Positions 17,157 through 26,178 of a stretch of DNA of 38,698 nucleotides are shown piece by piece. The translations under genes were made by a program, and so were the position numbers. The notes under the pieces were generated by a model. The model had not been told where the DNA came from and did no database searches. It was given only the letters and a program-made list of their open reading frames with translations. The stretch comes from a virus (lineage: Duplodnaviria; Caudoviricetes). Position 1 is the stretch's first letter. The number at the start of each line of letters is the position of its first letter. The stretch lies in IMG/VR virus record IMGVR_UViG_3300017548_000074, positions 1-38,698 of that record; one strand, given 5' to 3'.

Positions 17157-17794
17157 CAGGTCACCGGATTGATCACGAGCGCGGGATAGGTGAGAACGGA
17201 ACCAGCTTGCCGGTCCTTACGCCTGCCGCGGGTGCGCTTGAGCCGATACGGCACGTCCGGATGCAGCCCGCCGCCGATATTGACGAACCGGGTCTCGAAC
17301 CGGAAGGCGCGGCCGAACCGGCGGGACACGACACCGCGGGCGCGATCGAAGTGGCGCGGCGGGACCGACATCTTCATGGCGCCCACCTCGATCTTGCGCG
17401 TGTAGGGCCGCACGTTGAAGATGATGACCTCGGCATTGGTCGGTATTTCCGAGAACTCACGCACCGGCCGGCCGCCTGCCAGCACCATGAAGCCGCCGGC
17501 ATAACGGCCCGAGCGCTTCGGGCTGGCCGCGACCAGCGCGTCAAGCGCGGCCCGGATGAGCAGCGGCCAGTTGACGAACTCGTAGAGGATCGGCCCCGGC
17601 GCCTGCACCGCACTCTCTGGAGCGCCGCGCACGCCGTTGACGAAACGCTCGTAGTTCGTGCTCGCCTGCCCGGAGGCGATGACGCTGGCCAGTTCCTTCC
17701 GCGCGAAGGCCGCCAGCGCCGCATTGATCGCACGCGGCTCCAGTCCTGCGGTCGCCACCTTGATATCGCGCTCGAAGGTCTCGAAGCGAGCCAT
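17156..17794 (-). CDS. Neck/tail completion protein (HK97 gp10-like position)
   Basis: SPKRSGRY and NVRPYTRKIEVG motifs; basic protein. Confidence 0.65.
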   Translation of the reverse strand: MARFETFERDIKVATAGLEPRAINAALAAFARKELASVIASGQASTNYERFVNGVRGAPESAVQAPGPILYEFVNWPLLIRAALDALVAASPKRSGRYAGGFMVLAGGRPVREFSEIPTNAEVIIFNVRPYTRKIEVGAMKMSVPPRHFDRARGVVSRRFGRAFRFETRFVNIGGGLHPDVPYRLKRTRGRRKDRQAGSVLTYPALVINPVT

Positions 17795-18117
17795 CAGCCC
17801 CTAGCGATCAGGTTGTAGCGCACCACGACATTGTTCATGCGCACGGCCTCGGGTGGCTGCTCTATTCGATAGGTCTTGCCGGCAATGACGATGCGATGGC
17901 CCTCGGCCGGCGACAGGCCGCTGCTCGGCGACAGCGTTACCCTACGGTCGCCCTGCTTGAGGCCGGACATCAAATCTTGCGGCTTGAGGCCGCGCACGAA
18001 AGCGCGGACCATGGTTCCGGTGCCAGGCACGGCCGATGTGGAGGCGAAGTGCTCGACATCCTCGCCGTGATCCGCAAGTTGCCGGTCCAGCATGGCGATG
18101 GCTTCGACCGGCGTCAT
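17794..18117 (-). CDS. Head closure / head-tail joining protein
   Basis: 107 aa beta-rich; position after the connector. Confidence 0.65.
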   Translation of the reverse strand: MTPVEAIAMLDRQLADHGEDVEHFASTSAVPGTGTMVRAFVRGLKPQDLMSGLKQGDRRVTLSPSSGLSPAEGHRIVIAGKTYRIEQPPEAVRMNNVVVRYNLIARG

Positions 18118-18749
18118 TGATACACCCTCAGCGTGGAAAGCAGCCGCTCAGACGCCTGCCGCACGATCTGCCCGGCCTGCTCCGATACCGTCCACTGCCG
18201 CGTGCCGACGCCTTCGACCTCCTCGGATCGGAGAAACAGGTTCTCGGCACCCAGCGCCTTCATCTGCTGGACACTGATGATGATGGCCTGCCGCGCCCGC
18301 TCGGGGATCGGTCCTGTCTGAACCTCACCCACCTCGGCGCCGCTCGTGCCGTTGTAACCCGCCTTATAGCGGACGCGGACGGCATCGGGAGCGCAGGCCG
18401 TTGCAGGGAAGGCGAAGCCGGCGGCAAACCATAGCCGCTCATTCGCGAGGCGGTAGCTCGCCTGCGGCACGGTCTGCTCAACACCATCCGCGCCGAGATA
18501 GGTCACCGAAACGATGCCGATGATCGGCTTGAATGGCAGAGCGAAATTGCGGCCGCACGAAAAGCCCGGCAGCGTCAGTTCCAGCGTCTGCGCGCCGAGT
18601 GAACGGCCAAGCCATCCTGTCGGCCCGTCAATCTCTTCCGTCACTGCCTGGATCAGCGCCGCCATCTTCGGGTCTGAAGATGAGTGCGAGCCGGCTATAT
18701 CGCCCGGCGCCACGATGGGAGCTGGTGGCGTGACAACGCGCACGGTCAT
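18114..18749 (-). CDS. Head-tail connector (gp6-like)
   Basis: IDGPTGWLGRSLGAQTLEL, AVRVRYKAGY and PIPERARQAI motifs. Confidence 0.8.
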   Translation of the reverse strand: MTVRVVTPPAPIVAPGDIAGSHSSSDPKMAALIQAVTEEIDGPTGWLGRSLGAQTLELTLPGFSCGRNFALPFKPIIGIVSVTYLGADGVEQTVPQASYRLANERLWFAAGFAFPATACAPDAVRVRYKAGYNGTSGAEVGEVQTGPIPERARQAIIISVQQMKALGAENLFLRSEEVEGVGTRQWTVSEQAGQIVRQASERLLSTLRVYQ

Positions 18750-18755
18750 GACAGC

Positions 18756-18974
18756 CTACTTCGCTGCCTTGTTCTGCGCAGCCGCGCCGGCATCCTTGTT
18801 CGACGGCGCCCCCTTGGCCGCCTTGGCGTCGGTGTCGCTGGCCTTCGCCTCCCGCGCGAGACCTCGTTTGATCAGGTCATTGCCGAAGGCGTCGCTCCCG
18901 ACCTCGAAGACCTGACCATCGCTGATCGTCTTCGTCTCGTCGGTATAGAAGCTGTCCAGTGCCTTGAGTTTCAT
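18756..18974 (-). CDS. Small post-capsid protein
   Basis: AAGGAGA RBS; NDLIKRGLARE and K/A-rich APSNK tail typical of genes after the capsid gene. Confidence 0.7.
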   Translation of the reverse strand: MKLKALDSFYTDETKTISDGQVFEVGSDAFGNDLIKRGLAREAKASDTDAKAAKGAPSNKDAGAAAQNKAAK

Positions 18975-18997
18975 GATGGTCTCCTTTTCGGCTCATG

Positions 18998-19020
18998 AGG
19001 AAAGCGGCACGGATGCCGCT
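18998..19020 (-). terminator. Weak terminator or stabilising hairpin after the capsid gene
   Basis: AGCGGCA-TCCG-TGCCGCT then TTCCT on the minus strand. Confidence 0.45.
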
Positions 19021-19044
19021 CCCCGTGATCAACCGAACGAGGGG

Positions 19045-20262
19045 TCAGGGCGTCGTGGTCGAGGCGGTAATCGCGTCGGAGAAGTCGCCCTTCACGAACG
19101 CCTCCGGGCGATAGACAGCGAGTGCAAGGCGCTCCTCGGCACGGATCGTGACGAGGTTCTTGCGGAAGTTGTCGCTGTCTTCCGTGCTGATCTCGACGTT
19201 CGCCTCTTCGCGGTCGAAAATCTGCGCACCGAGCTTGAAGGCGCCGACAAGGAACTTGTCGAGCGTCATGGCCTTGGTCTCGACCACCGGCAGACGCCAA
19301 AGTGTCGACGGCCCGCCGTTCACCGGATTGCCGATGATGTGGCGGCCGGTCGTGTCCTTCACCAGCTCGATCGTCGCCCAATCGGTCGGGTGCATGACAT
19401 GCCCGGTCGGAGGATACTCCGCGAGGAACGCCTGAAGCATCGCGAGCCGCAGGATGTCGATCTTGGTCACCGGCGCCGGGATGGTGATCGGCGGCGCATA
19501 GGTCGTCGCCTGAGTATAGATACCGTTCAGGTTGGTACCCGTACCCGACCCCATCAGAAGCTGCGCGTCCTCCACGAAGGCGAGCCCGTAGCGGAGCCTG
19601 CCGTCGATGTAGGACTGAAGCTGCGGCACGTCATCGAGGATCTGCTTCGTCGCCAGCACCCAATGGGCGATGGTCGACACCGCGGCGGTGACGATATCGA
19701 ACTTGATTTCCGACTGCGGCTTGGTTGCGCCGGTGGTCTCCGACACGGTCGCGGCGTTGTTCGTGAATCCGGTTTCCTTCACGTACTGGATCGCGTTGGA
19801 ATCCGTGTTGCCGGGAGTGAGCAGATCGCGCACCGCAAGATTGGTCTGCGGCGGCGCGATGATGCCGGGACGGCGATCGGGAACGATCAGGTCGCCGGCC
19901 GAGCCATCGGCATCGGTGGTCAGCGCCGAGATGATGGCCTTCACCGGAATGGAGACGCGCCCCTTGCCGCCGGACTTGACGAACGCCTTGAACTCGTCGT
20001 GTTCGGTGACGATCTGGCCGACCGTCTTGCGACGATCCTCGCCATTGCCGGGCCGCGCGACAAGCTTCTGCTCGATCTCGCTGATGCGCGCCGCGATCTC
20101 ATTGTGCTTGACCAGCGCCTCGTCGGCCTTGGCCTTGGTCTCCTCGGTCACCTTGCCGAGGTTCTTCAGCTCGACATTGGTGGTCTCGGCGGTCTTCTTG
20201 ACCTCGTCCGCCGCCTTCTTCAGGTCAGCCGCGAGCGTCTTCATATCGTTTTCGTCGGACAT
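19045..20262 (-). CDS. HK97-fold major capsid protein with delta domain
   Basis: TIAHWVLATKQILDDVPQLQSYIDGRLRYGL and NLVTIRAEERLALAVYRPEAF. Confidence 0.96.
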   Translation of the reverse strand: MSDENDMKTLAADLKKAADEVKKTAETTNVELKNLGKVTEETKAKADEALVKHNEIAARISEIEQKLVARPGNGEDRRKTVGQIVTEHDEFKAFVKSGGKGRVSIPVKAIISALTTDADGSAGDLIVPDRRPGIIAPPQTNLAVRDLLTPGNTDSNAIQYVKETGFTNNAATVSETTGATKPQSEIKFDIVTAAVSTIAHWVLATKQILDDVPQLQSYIDGRLRYGLAFVEDAQLLMGSGTGTNLNGIYTQATTYAPPITIPAPVTKIDILRLAMLQAFLAEYPPTGHVMHPTDWATIELVKDTTGRHIIGNPVNGGPSTLWRLPVVETKAMTLDKFLVGAFKLGAQIFDREEANVEISTEDSDNFRKNLVTIRAEERLALAVYRPEAFVKGDFSDAITASTTTP

Positions 20263-20273
20263 CGGAATCTCCT

Positions 20274-20954
20274 TCAGGTCCGGGTGGGAAGGAAGGCCGC
20301 CACCGCGTCGCGCAGCGCAGCCAGATCATTCGCCTTCTCGCCCTCGGACTCGCTCCGAATGGCTTTCGCATAGCCGACAGAGGCGATCTGTACGGCCATG
20401 GCTTTCGGAACCCCTGCCTCGCGCAGGAGGTCCTCGAACTCTTTGACGGGCATGGGATCGCCATCGCGCAGGCGGCGGGCAAACTCATCCATGCGTTCGG
20501 ATTTGACGGCCTCGACGCGGGCACGGCTGTTGGCCGGGAACGAGACAGGGCTGATCTCCCAGAGATCGAGCTTCTTCAGGACGCGGATGCCGCTTTCCTT
20601 GTCGATGTCCAGTTCGCGGTAGCCGATCGACAGCCCGCGCACCGCCTTTGCCCTGAGCAGCGCATAGACCTCGCGGGCGCGCTGCACCTCCATGATCAGC
20701 CGGCCCTTGCCCCACAGGCCCTTGGCATCCTCGGCAAGGTCTTCCCACACGCCGATGGGCTCGTGGTTGTCGTGCTGCCACAGCATCAGGACCGCCGTGC
20801 CCTCGCGGCGATGCTTCGCGAGGCTGTCGACAAAGGCGCCCGGAACGACCTTCTCGCCGTAGCTGTCGACATTGCCGAAGATCGAGCCGTAGCCCTCAAA
20901 GGTGCCTTCTTCCGAGAGGTCCTTGACCTTCAGGGCAAAATCCTTGGTCTTCAC
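20274..20954 (-). CDS. HK97-family prohead protease
   Basis: GTFEGYGSIF, MLWQHD, GLSIGY and LWEISPVSFPAN. Confidence 0.95.
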   Translation of the reverse strand: MKTKDFALKVKDLSEEGTFEGYGSIFGNVDSYGEKVVPGAFVDSLAKHRREGTAVLMLWQHDNHEPIGVWEDLAEDAKGLWGKGRLIMEVQRAREVYALLRAKAVRGLSIGYRELDIDKESGIRVLKKLDLWEISPVSFPANSRARVEAVKSERMDEFARRLRDGDPMPVKEFEDLLREAGVPKAMAVQIASVGYAKAIRSESEGEKANDLAALRDAVAAFLPTRT

Positions 20955-20964
20955 TGTTGGTCTC

Positions 20965-22203
20965 CTAAACCATGGGCTCGCCGGGGGCGGGCTGGACCGG
21001 ACGCGCCGGAACCTTGCCGAGCATGTCGATCGGCTGAAGATTGGACTGCACCGTGAGCGTGTCGCCGCCTTCGACCGGCGGCAGGTTCTCGCGGCTGCGG
21101 ATTTCGTTGCGCGTCATCACACCGTTCTGTGCGAAGGAACTGTAGAGCGCGGCACGGCCGGCGCTGTCGGCGCGCATCAGCCCCTCGATGACAAACTCGG
21201 CATAGAAGTTGCTGCGATCTGCCGGCGGCAGAAGCTGCTTCTTGATCGACTGCTCGATACGGACGAGGTAGGGGCGCAAGGCGAAGGTGAGGAAGGCGAT
21301 CTGCTGCTGTTCCAGTCCGGTGCCCCAGCTCGTCGAGTTCTGCGTATGGCCGACCATGAACGGCGGCACGCGGAAGATGCGGCATACCTGCTCGACGCTG
21401 AAGCCACGCGTCTCGATGAGCTGCGCGTCCTCCGGGTCCATCGTAAGCTGCTCATACTCCCAGCCGGAAGGCAGCGGCATGACCTTGCCGGAAGCACGCG
21501 AGCCCATGAACTCGGCGAAGAGCTCCATCAGTTCCTTGCGCTGTTCCTTCGTGGATTTGCCGTTCGGGCCTTCCTTCGCGAAACCGGCGATCTGAAGCCC
21601 GCCTTCCATGAACTGCAACGCGGCATCCTCGGCCGCGAGCGCGCCGCGGAACGTCATCCAGCCGTGCCGGATCGGCGAGAGGCCCTTGTCGCCGCCCATG
21701 CCGAAACCGCGCAGGTGCAGCACCTTGTGCGCCGGCAGGATTTCTCGTTTGCCACGGTCGTTGACCGCGTATGTCAGGGCGCCGTTCGCGTCGCGGCGCA
21801 CCATGGTATCGGGCCGCAGCGGCTCCAGTCCTACAAATCGGTCCCCTATGAACTTCTGTTCGGAGAAGCCGTTACCCCAGCCGCAGATATGGGCGACCTG
21901 ACCCTCCCAGAACTCGGCGGCTGTCTGCCACGAGTTCGGGCTGTCGTGCAGGACGCCATACAGAGGATGCGCATCTGCGACCTCGCGCTTGCCCGGCCCG
22001 GTGCGCCGATAGAGCGGCAACGGAAGCGTCCCCGCCGTTTCCGACAGCAGACGGATACAGGCCCATGCCGTCGAGAGCGACAATACCCGGTCGACGGATG
22101 GGTGTGCCGCCTGCATCTGTACGTAGGCGGCCTTGGTCTCCGGATCGTCGCGGCCTGACAGCTTCGCGCGCCCGAACCCCAGCCAGCCGAGGGGATTGAT
22201 CAT
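20965..22203 (-). CDS. HK97-family portal protein
   Basis: AWACIRLLSET, VLHLRG..GLSPI, RIFRVPPFMVG and MTRNEIRSRENLPP. Confidence 0.95.
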   Translation of the reverse strand: MINPLGWLGFGRAKLSGRDDPETKAAYVQMQAAHPSVDRVLSLSTAWACIRLLSETAGTLPLPLYRRTGPGKREVADAHPLYGVLHDSPNSWQTAAEFWEGQVAHICGWGNGFSEQKFIGDRFVGLEPLRPDTMVRRDANGALTYAVNDRGKREILPAHKVLHLRGFGMGGDKGLSPIRHGWMTFRGALAAEDAALQFMEGGLQIAGFAKEGPNGKSTKEQRKELMELFAEFMGSRASGKVMPLPSGWEYEQLTMDPEDAQLIETRGFSVEQVCRIFRVPPFMVGHTQNSTSWGTGLEQQQIAFLTFALRPYLVRIEQSIKKQLLPPADRSNFYAEFVIEGLMRADSAGRAALYSSFAQNGVMTRNEIRSRENLPPVEGGDTLTVQSNLQPIDMLGKVPARPVQPAPGEPMV

Positions 22204-23927
22204 GCCATGGCCTTCATTTCAGCGAGGTAGTCGCCGAGGTCCTGCGTCTCTTCGCCCACCATCCAGCGGGCGAGCGCCATCATGTGCGCCACCGGGCCGT
22301 CGATCTTGTTCTGCTCTCGGTCCTTGCGCGGATAGACATTGTCCTTCGCGTCGGCCTTCGCGACGACGTTCGACAGCATCCATGTGAAGACGGGATCGCC
22401 GTTGTGCGCGATGCGCTTCGACCGGATCAGGCCATCCATCAGTTTCATGGCCGGCGAGAAGTTCAGCACCAGCGGCCGGACCTCGATCGTCTCGAAGCCC
22501 TCGTCGCGCAGCTCGGACATCATCATGTGTGCCTGGTGCGGATCGAAGGCGATTTCCTGAATGAGGAACCCCTGATCCCGCAGGCCGATGATGTCGTCGC
22601 GGATGGTGACATAATCGATCATGTCGCCATCGGTCTGCGTGATCCACCGCTCCGGCGCGTCCCGCCAGCCGCGATAGTGCTGGTTCTCCGGCAGTTCGAT
22701 CGTCGCTTCCGGCAGATAGTACTTGCCGAACCGGACATAGCCGCCATCATGCTCGAACGTCAGTTCCATCGCCGCAATGTCGACCACCGACGCCAGATCG
22801 AGCGCCAGACGGCATGGCTTGCCCCTGAAGTCCTCAAGCCGCAGGTGCGGTCTCGCGCTCGCCTGCCAGCTTGGAATGTCGAAATAGGCGTTGCGCGCCT
22901 GCACCCACATGTTGAGGTGCTTGGTCTTGAACACGCCAAGCTTGCGCGGGTTCTGCTTCGCGTCGCGCTGGCGAGCCTTGAGGAACTCGGCCTTGACGCT
23001 GATGTCGTAGTTCGGATTGGCTTTCCGAAGCGCCACCTCCGACGACCAGTCGTCCTCCTTGTCCACGGTGTAGATGAGGGCGAATAGCTCGTCGTTCTCG
23101 ACAAGGCCCTCAAGCACCTTCTCGGCGTCCTGCACTGCGGCGAAACACGGACCCGCGAGATTGTCGCCGGCCGTCGTGATGATCAGCATAAGCGGCTGTT
23201 CGCGCGCGCCCATGCCGGTCTCCATCGTATCGACCATGCGATCGGTGGCATGCTCGTGATACTCGTCAACGATGGCGCAGGATGGCGACGATCCGTCGCC
23301 GGGATCGCCAATCATCGGCTCGAACTTTGAGCCGTCCGCCAGCCGGTGGATGTTCTTCGCCCCGACGCTGACACCGAAATGGTTGAGGAAGGTCGGCGTC
23401 TTCAGCGCCATCAACCGGGCCGGCTTGAACACCTCCCATGCCTGCTTTTCGGTGGTGGCGCCGGAATAGACCTCCGCGCCGTGATCACCGTCGATCGTCA
23501 TCATGCCGAGGCCGACGCCGGCCGCCCATGTCGACTTCGCGTTCTTGCGAGGCTCCAGCAGCAGAGCTTTACGGAATCGCCGTAGCCCGTCCTGCTTCCG
23601 CAGCCAGCCGAAGATGCAGATCGTCTTGAAGCACTGCCACGGCTCCAGCTTCAGCTTCTCGCCGCGGCGCGCCCACTCTCCCTTGGTGTGCGGCAGCAGC
23701 TCCAGAAACCGGCACCACTTCTCGGCCACCTTCGGATCGAATCGATAGGGGTAATTGTGGCCCTCGCTGCTGTCGATGTCGTCAAGATGCCGCTGGCAGG
23801 CCAGCCGAACCCATTTGCAAGCCGGAACCTTCCCCGAGACTACATCGCGAGCGTATCGGTTGCCGGCGTCAACGTGCGGGAACTCACCCGGCGAGCGAGG
23901 CGAACGGGTTCTGCTCATCCGGGACAC
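22200..23927 (-). CDS. terL: Terminase large subunit
   Basis: PRKNAKST Walker A, IVDEYHEH Walker B, ITTAG, LDLAS and KIDGPVA nuclease motifs. Confidence 0.96.
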   Translation of the reverse strand: MSRMSRTRSPRSPGEFPHVDAGNRYARDVVSGKVPACKWVRLACQRHLDDIDSSEGHNYPYRFDPKVAEKWCRFLELLPHTKGEWARRGEKLKLEPWQCFKTICIFGWLRKQDGLRRFRKALLLEPRKNAKSTWAAGVGLGMMTIDGDHGAEVYSGATTEKQAWEVFKPARLMALKTPTFLNHFGVSVGAKNIHRLADGSKFEPMIGDPGDGSSPSCAIVDEYHEHATDRMVDTMETGMGAREQPLMLIITTAGDNLAGPCFAAVQDAEKVLEGLVENDELFALIYTVDKEDDWSSEVALRKANPNYDISVKAEFLKARQRDAKQNPRKLGVFKTKHLNMWVQARNAYFDIPSWQASARPHLRLEDFRGKPCRLALDLASVVDIAAMELTFEHDGGYVRFGKYYLPEATIELPENQHYRGWRDAPERWITQTDGDMIDYVTIRDDIIGLRDQGFLIQEIAFDPHQAHMMMSELRDEGFETIEVRPLVLNFSPAMKLMDGLIRSKRIAHNGDPVFTWMLSNVVAKADAKDNVYPRKDREQNKIDGPVAHMMALARWMVGEETQDLGDYLAEMKAMA

Positions 23928-24366
23928 TCGCCGACACCTTCGATCTGGCTGCCGGCGACAGGCCGAACTCTACGAGCAAGGACTGCGCATGCCGCATGGC
24001 CTCGCTGCGCTGAGCGACAGCCGGATGTCCCTTGATCTGCTGGCTGACGACGCGTCCCTCCTCGTCGTACTTGATGCCGCTGACGAAGGTGCGCCCGCCG
24101 TCTTCGATCATCGCCGTGCAGATTTCGACTTCCTCAAGCCGGGAGGCCGCTATGGCGAGCATGGCGGTGTCCGACGCGGAGCCGACGCCCATCTTCGTGA
24201 TGATCGCGACCAGATCGTCGAAAATCTGCGCGCCGCGATCGGAAAGCCATTCTGGCGCCACCGGCAGGTCGGGCAGAGGCTTCGGCGCATCCGGATTCAT
24301 CCGGTCAGGCCGGTCGGTGCCGGCGACCATTTTCAGGTAATCCGGGGTCTTCTTGCGTCCGGCCAT
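23884..24366 (-). CDS. terS: Terminase small subunit (P27 family)
   Basis: MAGRKKTP..LK, APEWLS, HPAV and EFGLSPAARSKV. Confidence 0.93.
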   Translation of the reverse strand: MAGRKKTPDYLKMVAGTDRPDRMNPDAPKPLPDLPVAPEWLSDRGAQIFDDLVAIITKMGVGSASDTAMLAIAASRLEEVEICTAMIEDGGRTFVSGIKYDEEGRVVSQQIKGHPAVAQRSEAMRHAQSLLVEFGLSPAARSKVSASVPDEQNPFASLAG

Positions 24367-24455
24367 GGAAAATGTCCTTCATTTTGACGGCGCAAAAGTT
24401 TGACCCCCCAGCGGTCTAGGCCCCCAAGGCCCTGAACTTTCGATCCGCCCCCCCC
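24367..24455 (-). other. Probable cos (packaging) region
   Basis: Non-coding gap with a G-run between the HNH-side genes and terS, the usual cos location in HNH/P27-terS phages. Confidence 0.5.
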
Positions 24456-24683
24456 CTATGCTGGGCTCACCCTCGCCGTCACCTGCATGACGTGGTTGAC
24501 CGCCACCCGGCTGACCTCGCATGTCACCAGCGGCGCATCGGGGAACCAGTCCGCCTCAATCTCGACCCTGACCACGCCGGGGATGCTGCTGGCCTGAGAG
24601 CCACGCACGCCGATGCCGAAGAACGAGAAGGCCATCAGCACTTCCGAGAGCGCTTCGGCATCGATGTCGATAGCTGTCCTCAT
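24456..24683 (-). CDS. Hypothetical protein (MRTAIDIDAE...)
   Basis: ATG overlaps the HNH stop. Confidence 0.55.
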   Translation of the reverse strand: MRTAIDIDAEALSEVLMAFSFFGIGVRGSQASSIPGVVRVEIEADWFPDAPLVTCEVSRVAVNHVMQVTARVSPA

Positions 24684-25012
24684 CGGTTCTCCTGCCTCTG
24701 CTTCTCGCTGGAGTGGCAGCGCCACGGCTCCGCGTCACAAAGCGACTGGAGCGGCTGGTTCCAGAACAGATCGTAGTCGCCTCGGTGCGGGACTGGATGG
24801 TCGGCGATGGTTGCCGGCGTCAGGCGCCCATGCTTGAGGCAGTTGGCACACAGCGGTTCGGCTGCAAGCTGCGCCGCTCGCTTCCGTTGCCAGCGGGCTG
24901 TCTTGTACCAGCGCCGCCAGTCCTGTTGATCGCGGCGGGCGTCAAAGGCCCGGCGACGCTCGATCGCGCTTGCCTGTCCGGGCGGGCTGTGACGTGGCGG
25001 CCTGTGCGGCAT
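24680..25012 (-). CDS. Terminase-associated HNH endonuclease
   Basis: WYKTARWQRKR..QL..EPLCANC...ATIADH..PHRGD..LFW...QSLC...CHS..KQ. Confidence 0.92.
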   Translation of the reverse strand: MPHRPPRHSPPGQASAIERRRAFDARRDQQDWRRWYKTARWQRKRAAQLAAEPLCANCLKHGRLTPATIADHPVPHRGDYDLFWNQPLQSLCDAEPWRCHSSEKQRQENR

Positions 25013-25178
25013 CGTCGGCGCGATCCTTTCGCTCAGCGAGTACCTCGGCGAACGGACGCGGGTCAGACGCCTCGGCGTCGGTCGCGTCGAAGTACTTCCT
25101 GCGCCAGAACTCGCGGGTCGTGGGAAGGGCGCTGTCGACCATCTGGACGATCATGTTGGTGAGATGGCGGGTCAGCAT
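24942..25178 (-). CDS. Hypothetical protein
   Basis: GAGG RBS, phage-like codons; overlaps the HNH start by 71 nt. Confidence 0.45.
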   Translation of the reverse strand: MLTRHLTNMIVQMVDSALPTTREFWRRKYFDATDAEASDPRPFAEVLAERKDRADDAAQAATSQPARTGKRDRASPGL

Positions 25179-25379
25179 GTCATCAGCCTCGGTTCCATGC
25201 TGCGTGAAACAGGTAAGGCCCGGCCTCCTGCCAGAGGACCGAGCCTTTGTCGAAGAACCGCCAAGCAGGGGCGGCGCGCCGTATGCATCCGACGACTTCT
25301 CGGGTGCGGACTAGCATCATGAACCTGAGCCCATGACTGCCGCGCGGGCCGAGCACCCGGCCACTGGCATGGCGACCGG

Positions 25380-25409
25380 AAAAGCCGCCCGATGATAAGT
25401 CGGACGGCT
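25380..25409 (-). terminator. Intrinsic terminator in the late leader
   Basis: AGCCGTCCGA-CTTATCA-TCGGGCGGCT followed by TTT on the minus strand. Confidence 0.6.
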
Positions 25410-25417
25410 GAAAATAA

Positions 25418-25470
25418 TTCGTACTCAGTGCGAAATATCGCTTGCGTACTCAGTACGAAAATGCGATAAC
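25418..25470 (+). promoter_or_regulatory. Promoter (-35 TTGCGT, TG-extended -10 GATAAC) overlapped by two palindromic operators TTCGTACTnAGTACGAA
   Basis: TTCGTACTCAGTGCGAA at 25418-25434 and TGCGTACTCAGTACGAA at 25443-25459. Confidence 0.7.
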
Positions 25471-25515
25471 AAATCACCGACCAATTCCGGTCGGGAACGA
25501 AAGGAGGTGAGGCGA

Positions 25516-25581
25516 TTGAAATTCCGGCTGACGCTGGTGATCAGGTTTAGGACTTGGCGGTTCACCCTGACCATCAGCTAA
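25516..25581 (+). CDS. 21-aa cationic amphipathic peptide MKFRLTLVIRFRTWRFTLTIS, not in ORF track
   Basis: Perfect SD AAGGAGGTGA at 25501-25510, TTG start, TAA at 25579-25581. Confidence 0.65.
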   Translation: MKFRLTLVIRFRTWRFTLTIS

Positions 25582-25659
25582 CAGAAACGGGGATCGGCCT
25601 TCGGGCCGGTCCCTCCGGAAGGAAGATCAGCCTCACCTCCTCTTCGAAGGGAATGTAGC

Positions 25660-26016
25660 ATGACACCTGACGAGTTCAAAGCGTGGCGGAAGGGCACCGG
25701 CCTGTCACAACAGGAGGTCGCGGACTTCCTCGGCGTTTCTCGCGGCTCGATCGAGAACTACGAGCGCGGCCACCGCCGCGAGGACAATCGGCCAGTCGAG
25801 ATTCCGGCGTCGATCAGCCGGCTCGTCACCATGACGGCCTACCTTGCGAAGGAAATGGAGATCACGCGGGACCGCATCGAACTGTTCCGATCGGGCAAGC
25901 TCGGCTACGTCGATATCCCAACCGGGAAGGACATCACACCGGAGGCGATCGAGGCAGACGAGCGGCGCCTTGCCGATCTGACGGCAGTCCTCGAAAGATA
26001 TAAACCCGCCTCCTGA
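25660..26016 (+). CDS. Xre/Cro-family HTH regulator with an extra C-terminal helical domain
   Basis: FKAWRKGTGLSQQEVADFLGVSRGSIENYERG. Confidence 0.88.
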   Translation: MTPDEFKAWRKGTGLSQQEVADFLGVSRGSIENYERGHRREDNRPVEIPASISRLVTMTAYLAKEMEITRDRIELFRSGKLGYVDIPTGKDITPEAIEADERRLADLTAVLERYKPAS

Positions 26017-26040
26017 TCAGGGGCGGGTCTGGACGGCGGA

Positions 26041-26052
26041 CAAAGCTTCGCC
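26041..26052 (-). promoter_or_regulatory. ops-like pause/recruitment element GGCGAAGCTTTG
   Basis: 12-mer aligning with ops GGCGGTAGnnTG, about 60 nt downstream of the late promoter, right after a structured leader. Confidence 0.55.
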
Positions 26053-26116
26053 TGACGCCGGTTGCGAATCCGGCAGCGGGCCGGGCCGCTGGCCCCGTCA
26101 CCCAAGTCGCTCGCGG

Positions 26117-26145
26117 ACTGTAGATTGTTTCGGATGCGAAATCAA
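26117..26145 (-). promoter_or_regulatory. Late promoter (PR'-like) TTGATT-N17-TACAGT
   Basis: Near-consensus sigma70 elements just downstream of the NusG-like gene, pointing at the packaging genes. Confidence 0.75.
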
Positions 26146-26178
26146 GGCCACCTGTCTGAGGCAGGGGCCTGCGGCGAA

